From: a virus | Direction: 5' to 3' (one strand) | IMG/VR virus record: IMGVR_UViG_3300027759_000002 | Coordinates: 32,001 to 96,000 of that record | DNA length: 64,000 bases | In this document: positions 49,146 to 56,924 of the stretch, piece after piece | How positions within the stretch are numbered: the first letter of the stretch is position 1 | Layout: each line of letters begins with the position of its first letter | Made by a program: the position numbers and the translations under genes | Notes under the pieces: generated by a model | Seen by the model: the letters and a program-made list of their open reading frames with translations, nothing else | Told to the model about the DNA's origin: nothing | Databases searched by the model: none

Positions 49146-49790
49146 ATGCCATTACAAAAAATTAATCCAACCAGTTTAGATATATCAAAAGATTTTTCTT
49201 TTGCGAATATCAACGTCACTGGAAGTTTGATAGTCAATACTGTTAATATTGGCCAAACAATTCTTTCAGGAACAGTTGCATCTAATGCAGCCTTTGACCG
49301 TGCCAATGCGGCTTATAATGCAGCTAACACAGCAACAGATACTTGGGTAAGAGGTCAGGCTAATAATGCATTTTCTGCGGCAAATTCTGGTGCAACTTTT
49401 GCCAATGCGGCTTTTGCTAGGGCCAACGCAGCCTATGCACAAGCAAATACTGGTGGTAGTGGTGGCACTACCGCAGCTTATGTGAAAACATATTATTGGA
49501 AAGGTGCATTAACGGAAAACGTTGGCACACTAAGACACTATATACCTCTTGTAACAGCAAACGTAACATCAATTACTTCCTATTTGGCTTCTCCAGGTTT
49601 AACACAAAGTACAGTTGTTGTTAAAAAGAACGGTACTGTTATAAACACAATAAGATTTGCGGCTGCTGGAACATCAAACACACAAACTGGTTTATCAATT
49701 CCAGTAACTTCATCAGACTACTTAACAGTTGATATTACACAAAGTAGCAGTGGTTCAGATTTATACATTAACTTCATATATCAAGGATAA
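49146..49790 (+). CDS. short AN fibre with C-terminal beta-sandwich (cassette B gene 1)
   Basis: KKNG..DYLTVDI..DLYINF end, paralogous to 39379. Confidence 0.7.
   Translation: MPLQKINPTSLDISKDFSFANINVTGSLIVNTVNIGQTILSGTVASNAAFDRANAAYNAANTATDTWVRGQANNAFSAANSGATFANAAFARANAAYAQANTGGSGGTTAAYVKTYYWKGALTENVGTLRHYIPLVTANVTSITSYLASPGLTQSTVVVKKNGTVINTIRFAAAGTSNTQTGLSIPVTSSDYLTVDITQSSSGSDLYINFIYQG
49396..49456 (+). repeat. 61-bp exact dispersed repeat, copy of 27822-27882
   Basis: CTTTTGCCAATGCGGCTTTTGCTAGGGCCAACGCAGCCTATGCACAAGCAAATACTGGTGG is identical at both loci. Confidence 0.9.
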
Positions 49791-49793
49791 GTT

Positions 49794-50078
49794 ATGAGAT
49801 TCGAAGAAATACAAAACATCTTTCAAACTCCATGGTTGGCACCGTGGCAACATGATTATTATGCAGCAACATTTTTGGAACCAAAAACAGGCCAAGAATT
49901 CTTAGACTATGCATATAGTAAGATTGAAAATCTTTCAGGCATTTGGTATGAAGTGGCTGGTCCAATGGCATATTTTGTTGTGGTCAAAGGCACTGTAATA
50001 CCAGAAGATTTTGCTTATGCATTAGCGCAGGTTGATGATGCGCCGGAACAACCTGCACCGGAAGAAGGAACAGAATAA
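49794..50078 (+). CDS. small acidic protein (cassette B gene 2)
   Basis: 94 aa with acidic Pro-rich tail. Positional equivalent of 40277. Confidence 0.6.
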   Translation: MRFEEIQNIFQTPWLAPWQHDYYAATFLEPKTGQEFLDYAYSKIENLSGIWYEVAGPMAYFVVVKGTVIPEDFAYALAQVDDAPEQPAPEEGTE

Positions 50079-51328
50079 TGTATATTAAATTAAACTTTAC
50101 CTCAGACAAATATTTAAATCATATATTTCGTATAGTTAACGAAGTTATCAATACACCTGCAATTGCTAACGTTGCGTCTTTACAAAGTACTGCAACATCG
50201 GGCAATTGGTGGGCAACTTTGTTAACTGGTCTTGATGCAAATACGAGTGAAATTATTAGAACAGGCACTGGTACTACAGGACTAACATCAAACACAGTTT
50301 CACGATATGCTAAAAATGGAGGTGGTACAAGTTATGCGGACGAACATGCATGGACACTTGAGTTCTCCAATTATGATGATAACACTAAAAAATATTATAT
50401 TCAACATGTTAATGCTTCTGAAGGTGGTTACACATCAACTGTTAGGACAGCCAATGGATTGTCTAGTGGAACATTATCAAGTTTAACAAGTCAAGCGATT
50501 TCACAATCTGGTACCATAAACACCACTCCAGGCACAGCACCCACATTCAATAATTCAGTAAATTCAGGATCATCAGGATCTGCTGGTAGTAGCACTAGTG
50601 GTTTTTTAAATGTAAGATGTTTCACTATGTATCTAAGTGATAATGCTCTTGTCTGGTGTGCCACAAATGGCAACACATATAACGTTGGATTTGGAAACAC
50701 TTATTCTGCCAGTACATCATATATTGGTCCATTCATTTATAGTCAATACAACAGATTTGATTACACAAATACCAATGCAACATTTATAACTCCATTGATG
50801 TTTACAAATTATAATAGAGGTGTAGGTATTGGGTTTGGTGGTGTAGCTGATTGGAATAGAATAGAAAATACTCAGTATAATACTACCAGTAATTCACATG
50901 CATTTAGAGTGTTCAACTTATATAACGCTTATCCATCAACAACTCCTAGTTGGCCAATGGTGTTGCAACCGTATGTCAGCTGGGGCGTAGGTTCTAGATA
51001 CTCACAAGATTCCGCTCTAACAGCCGCAGCAACCGGTGGTGGCACCGTTTCTAATCCAACATACGGTGCAGTTGTTTTCACAACAACAGCTACACGTTAT
51101 CCTAGCGCAGATTTAAAAACACAAACATATGGCATGTTACCAATTTCATGGAGAAATTCATACTATTATAATGCTGGTGGTGATGCCGGAACACAAGGTG
51201 GTTGGTATTTATTTAATGGCGATTATTATCCAGGAGATGAATTTTCATATGGTGGAAAAACATACAAAATTTTGCCGACTTGGACTGGATATACAGACCG
51301 TGTTGGTATAGCAATTCCAAAGGAATAA
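50078..51328 (+). CDS. hypothetical virion protein (cassette B gene 3)
   Basis: MYIKLNFT start, ends RVGIAIPKE. Clear paralogue of 51331. Confidence 0.65.
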   Translation: MYIKLNFTSDKYLNHIFRIVNEVINTPAIANVASLQSTATSGNWWATLLTGLDANTSEIIRTGTGTTGLTSNTVSRYAKNGGGTSYADEHAWTLEFSNYDDNTKKYYIQHVNASEGGYTSTVRTANGLSSGTLSSLTSQAISQSGTINTTPGTAPTFNNSVNSGSSGSAGSSTSGFLNVRCFTMYLSDNALVWCATNGNTYNVGFGNTYSASTSYIGPFIYSQYNRFDYTNTNATFITPLMFTNYNRGVGIGFGGVADWNRIENTQYNTTSNSHAFRVFNLYNAYPSTTPSWPMVLQPYVSWGVGSRYSQDSALTAAATGGGTVSNPTYGAVVFTTTATRYPSADLKTQTYGMLPISWRNSYYYNAGGDAGTQGGWYLFNGDYYPGDEFSYGGKTYKILPTWTGYTDRVGIAIPKE

Positions 51329-51330
51329 TC

Positions 51331-52551
51331 ATGTTTATTAAATTAAGTTTTACAACAAATACTAGAGTTACAATTCCATTAAGGATGTTAGCTGATATCA
51401 TTAATACTAGTTCTATTACAAGTGTAAGTACATTACAAAGTAGATTTACTTCTGCTAGTTATTCGGCTCCAATATATGCAAACTTTGATGCAACAAACAG
51501 CACAATTATTAGAACTGTTAATCCAGCAAATACAATTTCTCATATAATGTCCGGTGAAATGGGTTCTAATTACATAACATTAACATTAGAACAACCGGTA
51601 TATGATGCATCTTCTAGTAAAATTTATACACAAATTAGGTCTACTTCGGGAGCAACCCCATATTTTGATATTGGTACTGCAATTTCAGGTGGAACTATAA
51701 CGGCTTCGGGAATGCCGGTAACATTTCCTGAAGCTGGCAACGGTAACGCATCAGGTACAACATTGACATTAGGTGGAAACAATTATGGTTCTAGCGCTGT
51801 TTGTTTGTCGGGATCCAATGGTTTTGATAACATTAGAACATTTTGGGCTTATGTAACAGATAAATGTTTCTTTTGGGCTGTTACTAACAATAATAGTTAT
51901 AATGCTGGTTGGGGTTCGACATATTCAAACTCAACACTTCAAGGCGGGCCGTTTTTCCAAACACAATACACTCGTTATGATTATCACAACCTTGACAGTA
52001 ACGGAATTTATCCAGTAATATATACAAACCAAAGAGGTACAGGTATTGGATATGGAACAACAAATGATTTAACTACTGTTCAAAATTTAAATTATGTCAC
52101 CACGAGCATTTTGACACCTTTGCGAGCTCACAGTATGGTGTCAGCGTTACCACAAGTTGGTACATCATGGCCAAAAATTTATAATCAACAGGTTCATATG
52201 ACTATGGCAGGTAGAAGTTCAAGTCATTATGCCTTGAATGCTGGCCAAACTCTCGGAACGGTAACTACTGCTACAGCAGCGACATACGCAGGTGCCATCA
52301 ACACCACGGCAAGTTATCGTTTTCCAAGTGCCAATTTGGGAGGAACAGGTTTTGGTTTAATGCCATTTGGTTGGGAAGCAAATTATTATGGCAATCACGG
52401 CGGTAATGCTAGTGACCAAAATGGTGTATACATCTTCAATGGTGAGTATACACCTGGAGATACATTCACATATAACAATAAAATTTATATGATTTGGCCT
52501 ATGTATAGTGGTTACAGTAATCGTGTAGGTTTTGCGGTTCCAATGGAATAA
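51331..52551 (+). CDS. hypothetical virion protein (cassette B gene 4)
   Basis: Start at ATG 51331 after an AAGGA RBS. MFIKLSFT start, ends RVGFAVPME. Confidence 0.65.
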   Translation: MFIKLSFTTNTRVTIPLRMLADIINTSSITSVSTLQSRFTSASYSAPIYANFDATNSTIIRTVNPANTISHIMSGEMGSNYITLTLEQPVYDASSSKIYTQIRSTSGATPYFDIGTAISGGTITASGMPVTFPEAGNGNASGTTLTLGGNNYGSSAVCLSGSNGFDNIRTFWAYVTDKCFFWAVTNNNSYNAGWGSTYSNSTLQGGPFFQTQYTRYDYHNLDSNGIYPVIYTNQRGTGIGYGTTNDLTTVQNLNYVTTSILTPLRAHSMVSALPQVGTSWPKIYNQQVHMTMAGRSSSHYALNAGQTLGTVTTATAATYAGAINTTASYRFPSANLGGTGFGLMPFGWEANYYGNHGGNASDQNGVYIFNGEYTPGDTFTYNNKIYMIWPMYSGYSNRVGFAVPME

Positions 52552-52553
52552 CA

Positions 52554-52922
52554 ATGGCACAACCCAAGATAAAAATTGCATGTGTTGCAAATCTCTATAC
52601 TAGAGAAATGAAATTTGAAAAGGTAGGCGACACTGAATTGGGTCACAAACATCCTTTCAATCACATTACATTTTTATCTTCAGGTAAATTAAAAGTAGAA
52701 ACTGAACTTGGTATATCCGAATTTACTGCACCACAAATGATTTTTATTCATAAAGATTATATGCATGAATTAACTGCGTTAGAAGATAATACCATGGCCT
52801 ATTGCATACACGCACTAAGAAACGGTGATGGTGTGGATGATATCATTGACGAAGATATGATTCCAAAAGGCATAAATGTTCCAGAAATTTTTGATATTGC
52901 CAAACTGGTTGTTACGGGATAA
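52554..52922 (+). CDS. cupin-fold protein
   Basis: GHKHPFNHITFLSSGKLKV..FTAPQMIFI.KD..HELTALEDNT.AYC.H. Confidence 0.7.
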   Translation: MAQPKIKIACVANLYTREMKFEKVGDTELGHKHPFNHITFLSSGKLKVETELGISEFTAPQMIFIHKDYMHELTALEDNTMAYCIHALRNGDGVDDIIDEDMIPKGINVPEIFDIAKLVVTG

Positions 52923-52924
52923 TC

Positions 52925-55219
52925 ATGGCAAATCAATTAGCCTCATATAATTTTCCAGACACATATTCTACCCTAGTCAGCGACTTCGTTGGCACGGTAA
53001 AATATGTTGCTAGCACAGGAAGTAATTCAAATGATGGAAGTTCAGTATCAACTCCATATTTGACTATTGATTATGCATACAGTCAGACAAGTGCTACCGC
53101 AAACGTGATGTTTGTTGTGCTGCAAGGCACATATACAATGACGGCTTTATCTGTATCAGGTAGCAATTCAGGTGTATTACGAGATGGTGGAAATAAAAGA
53201 GTTTTTGTTTGTTGTCCAGGTAGAACAATCATTCAATGGACTGCCAGTACGGCTGACCGTGATTGCTCGATGGCACAATTTACTAATGCCGGTAGTGCGG
53301 TTTATGGTGCCATTCTAAAAAGAAATAATAACGGCAGAACAACAAGTTACACAGTAGCATATTTCAGAAGTTATGATGGTGCATTAAAAGGTAACTTCTA
53401 TAATTGTGTATTCTCAGAAACAAACGCAAATAATGCTTGGACTTACCAATACGACAACTATGGTGCGGCAAACTTTGCAATAAGAAACTGTACATTTTAT
53501 AACGGCGCCGCAGCCGGAGCTAGTTATAGCGGTGGCACCGGCGCTTTAACAATTGATTCTGTCTTTAATACCACATGTGCGACTGTTGGGACAGAAACCA
53601 GCGTTTTAAAATCACAAACAGTTAATGCAACTACGTATGTAACAACAGGTGTATCTACTGCTGGTGTATATTCCGGTACATATTCATGGAGTGCAACCAC
53701 AACATTTGACGCAGTTATAGTAACCGGAACAACAGGTTCACCAACTGTAATAAGGTCAGGATCATACACATACTATAAATTCGCAAATTCAGGTGGCATA
53801 ACTTTTGGTAATTCTGGCGCACCTATTGAGGTTCTAACAGTTGCTGGTGGCGGTGGTGGTGTTGGTGCTTATGGCGGTAATGCTGTCCCTTCAGGTGGTG
53901 GAGGTGCAGGTGGTGTAAATTATCATCCGTCATTTTCAATATCTGCGGCCACATATGCAATTACAGTTGGTGCAGGTGGTGCCAAAGTGGCCACAGCAGG
54001 TTCCGCAATAACTGGTGGAACAGGTAGTGATTCTATCTTTGGTGCTAATACTATTATTGCAAAAGGTGGCGGAGGTGGTGGTTGGTACACAACAGGTGGC
54101 ACGGGTGGTTCTGGCGGTGGCGGTGGTTACAATGGTGCTGCTGGTGGTAGCACTAATCAATCCAGTTCCGGTGTAAACCCAGCAGGCAGTATATATTATG
54201 GAACTGCTGGTGGCACAGGTGCTACCATCAGTACAGGTTCTGGTGGCGGTGGCGGTGCAGGTGGCGCAGGTATTGCGGCATCAGGTACATCAGGAAGTGC
54301 TGGCGGTGTTGGTGCAAGTAACAATTCAACATTATTGGCGGTAGTAAGTGCTGGTGAATTATCAGGCGGAGTAAGATACATTGCTGGCGGTGGTGGCGGT
54401 GGTGGTTCATATGCTAATGGTGGAACTGGTGGCGCTGGCGGCCTAGGTGGCGGTGGTATAGGTGGATACAATGGCGCTAACGCTGGTGCAGGTGTTGTTA
54501 ATACAGGTGGCGGTGGTGGTGGTTCACCAAACACATACTTGGGTGGTGATGGTGGTTCTGGTATTGTTATTCTTAAAGTTTATACTGGTATACCAACAGA
54601 CCCCGGATTATATTTGAGTGATTCATCTGGTAGTATCAACTCAGGCAATTCAATAACAGCTACACTAAGAACATCCGGTATTGCAAATAGTGTAACAGTT
54701 CCTTACACCATTAGTGGTGTAACGTCTGCACAAATTAATGGTGGTTCATTGACTGGTAATTTTACAATAACCAGTAATACCGGCACACTAACAATAAACA
54801 CCAATCCAAATATTGTTTCGGCCAATTTGGTTATTTCTGCAAATGGATATACAACAAATACCTTAATATCATACGCTGTATCAATAATTACAGAAACTAT
54901 ATTGATTGGGACTACATCAAATACGGCCAACTATACTAATCCAATTGCAGGACAAATGAATGTGATTCAAAGTCTTGTTACTTCAAACATAGTTTCTGAT
55001 GCAAATATATACACAGTTTCTGGCCAGATGAATATCAATCAAAGTGTAGTCACCTCAAATATAGTTTCTGATGCAAATCTGTTATTGGTAGCTACCAATG
55101 GTATGCAAAACGCCGCAAGCAAATCATATACGACAATGACAAACAGTTTTAATGGCAGAATAGACTCTGATATTATCAAAGTCTTCGGAGAAATCGCACA
55201 AAGAGAATATTGGATGTAA
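52925..55219 (+). CDS. multidomain adhesin-like protein (beta-helix-like start, Gly-rich domain), paralogue of 43149
   Basis: KYVASTGSNSNDG..PYLTI and YGAILKRNNNGRTTSYTV shared with 43149, followed by a Gly-rich domain. Confidence 0.72.
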   Translation: MANQLASYNFPDTYSTLVSDFVGTVKYVASTGSNSNDGSSVSTPYLTIDYAYSQTSATANVMFVVLQGTYTMTALSVSGSNSGVLRDGGNKRVFVCCPGRTIIQWTASTADRDCSMAQFTNAGSAVYGAILKRNNNGRTTSYTVAYFRSYDGALKGNFYNCVFSETNANNAWTYQYDNYGAANFAIRNCTFYNGAAAGASYSGGTGALTIDSVFNTTCATVGTETSVLKSQTVNATTYVTTGVSTAGVYSGTYSWSATTTFDAVIVTGTTGSPTVIRSGSYTYYKFANSGGITFGNSGAPIEVLTVAGGGGGVGAYGGNAVPSGGGGAGGVNYHPSFSISAATYAITVGAGGAKVATAGSAITGGTGSDSIFGANTIIAKGGGGGGWYTTGGTGGSGGGGGYNGAAGGSTNQSSSGVNPAGSIYYGTAGGTGATISTGSGGGGGAGGAGIAASGTSGSAGGVGASNNSTLLAVVSAGELSGGVRYIAGGGGGGGSYANGGTGGAGGLGGGGIGGYNGANAGAGVVNTGGGGGGSPNTYLGGDGGSGIVILKVYTGIPTDPGLYLSDSSGSINSGNSITATLRTSGIANSVTVPYTISGVTSAQINGGSLTGNFTITSNTGTLTINTNPNIVSANLVISANGYTTNTLISYAVSIITETILIGTTSNTANYTNPIAGQMNVIQSLVTSNIVSDANIYTVSGQMNINQSVVTSNIVSDANLLLVATNGMQNAASKSYTTMTNSFNGRIDSDIIKVFGEIAQREYWM

Positions 55220-55238
55220 TTTGGGTGGAAACCTGAAG

Positions 55239-55246
55239 CATAAATA
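55239..55246 (+). promoter_or_regulatory. T4-type late promoter (CATAAATA)
   Basis: Intergenic consensus match upstream of gp13. Confidence 0.65.
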
Positions 55247-55264
55247 TCCTTATAGGGGGATATA

Positions 55265-56041
55265 ATGGCAAAAACTATCACAACAAGAACGGCATTCAAA
55301 GATTATTGCCTGCGTAGACTAGGGTTTCCAGTAATCGAAATCAACGTTGATGACGACCAGGTAGAAGACCGTATTGATGATGCACTTCAATATTGGCAAG
55401 ACTATCATTTTGATGGTCTGCAAAAAGTCTATTACATAAAAAAAATAGACCAAACAGATATCAACAATAGATACTTGAACATTTCTCAGGCCAAAGATTC
55501 ATCAAACAACGTACTACAAATTGCTGGTATCACCAGAATATTTCCCGTTTCTGATTCACAATCACAGGTCAATATGTTTGACTTGAGATACCAACTACGT
55601 CTGAATGAGTTGTATGACTTCACCTCTGCATCCTACATCAACTACACCATGACACTACAACATCTGCGTATGTTGGAACAACTGTTCTCTGGTGAAGTTC
55701 CTATTAGGTTCCAAAGACACATGCAAAGACTATACATTGACTGGGGTTGGGGCCACGGAGAAGCACCAGTTGGTACAACTGTTATTGCCGAATGTTATGC
55801 AGTGATTGATCCTGATGTGTACACACAGGCATGGAATGACCGTTGGTTAAAAGAATATGCAACAGCACTTATCAAACGTTCTTGGGGTAACAACCTTAAA
55901 AAGTTCGAAGGCATTCAATTGCCAGGTGGCGTCAAGTTAAATGGTGACAAAATCTATAGTGAAGCCAAAGAAGAAATTGATGCACTACACGCAGAAATTG
56001 GCGACAAGTACGGTGCACCACTAGAAATGTTCATGAACTAA
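55265..56041 (+). CDS. gp13: neck protein gp13
   Basis: YCLRRLGFPVIEINVDDDQVEDRIDDALQYWQDYHFDG..WLKEYATALIKRSWG.NL.KF.G.QLPGGV.LNG. Confidence 0.93.
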   Translation: MAKTITTRTAFKDYCLRRLGFPVIEINVDDDQVEDRIDDALQYWQDYHFDGLQKVYYIKKIDQTDINNRYLNISQAKDSSNNVLQIAGITRIFPVSDSQSQVNMFDLRYQLRLNELYDFTSASYINYTMTLQHLRMLEQLFSGEVPIRFQRHMQRLYIDWGWGHGEAPVGTTVIAECYAVIDPDVYTQAWNDRWLKEYATALIKRSWGNNLKKFEGIQLPGGVKLNGDKIYSEAKEEIDALHAEIGDKYGAPLEMFMN

Positions 56042-56042
56042 T

Positions 56043-56924
56043 ATGGCAACCTCGGTTTATTTCAATAACTATAACTCTCTTGCTGAGCAAAGGGTAGTTG
56101 AAGACTTGATTGTTGAGTCAATCAAGATTATGGGTTTTGATGCCTACTATTTACCTATTGAAAATGAAACCGATAGAGACATTTTATACGGTGAAGATCC
56201 AATTAAAAGATTCAGTGCGGCCTTTCCAATTGAATTCTACCTGTCAAGTTCTATGGAATATGGTGGTGAAAAAGAATTCTTTTCTAAATTTGGCCTTGAA
56301 ATTAAGAACACTGTCAACATCATATTATCAAAACGTTCTTTCTCTCAACGTGTACCGCAAGATATATTCACAAGACCAAGAGAAGGTGATTTGATTTATG
56401 TACCGTTCTTAAATGGTACTGGTGAGTTGTTTGAAATTAAATTTACAAACCAAACAAAAGACTTCTTCATGTTGGGACGTAAGATACCATTCTTCTATGA
56501 ATTGGAACTAGAGAAATTCAAGTACTCACAAGAAGTTATCGACACTGGTGTGGAAGACATTGATGATGTAATGATTCAATCAAGTTACACACTAGACTTG
56601 ACTACTGGTACTGGTACTGGAACATATGAAGCTAGAGAAGTTGTATTTCAGTCTACAGATAATACACAAGCAAATGCATGGGTTGTGGCTTTAGTACAAG
56701 AATGGATCAAACCAGATGACTCACTAAAGGTCACAAATATTGCAGGCGAATTCCGTGACAACGTTGCAATCATTGGTGCAACAAGTAATGCAAGATACTA
56801 TTTGGCATCTTATGATCCATTAAAAGATAGTACAAAAAATGAAAGTTATGACAATTCTTACTTCTTTGATACTGCCAATAATATTATTGACTTCACCGAA
56901 ACCAATCCGTTTGGAAAAATTTAA
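56043..56924 (+). CDS. gp14: neck protein gp14
   Basis: EQRVVEDLIVESIKIMG..YYLP..FFSKFG.EI..RPREGDLIY.P..LFEIKF..YELELEKFKYSQE. Ends NPFG. Confidence 0.92.
   Translation: MATSVYFNNYNSLAEQRVVEDLIVESIKIMGFDAYYLPIENETDRDILYGEDPIKRFSAAFPIEFYLSSSMEYGGEKEFFSKFGLEIKNTVNIILSKRSFSQRVPQDIFTRPREGDLIYVPFLNGTGELFEIKFTNQTKDFFMLGRKIPFFYELELEKFKYSQEVIDTGVEDIDDVMIQSSYTLDLTTGTGTGTYEAREVVFQSTDNTQANAWVVALVQEWIKPDDSLKVTNIAGEFRDNVAIIGATSNARYYLASYDPLKDSTKNESYDNSYFFDTANNIIDFTETNPFGKI

Noticed and set aside
28547-49373. Recurring ~30-bp sequence GATACTTGGGTAAGAGGTCAGGCTAATAAT resembling a CRISPR repeat
   Set aside because: Copies are in frame within coding sequence (DTWVRGQANN), irregularly spaced by hundreds to thousands of bases, and not separated by unique spacers of uniform length.
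40217-51330. Track start codons at 40217, 48138 and 51280
   Set aside because: They overlap upstream genes extensively. The downstream ATGs at 40277, 48171 and 51331 fit the coupling or RBS pattern and paralogue alignments better.
22008-55219. Invertase/shufflon-type tail fibre switching
   Set aside because: All fibre genes are on one strand, with no inverted silent cassettes, no recombinase gene and no inverted crossover sites noticed.
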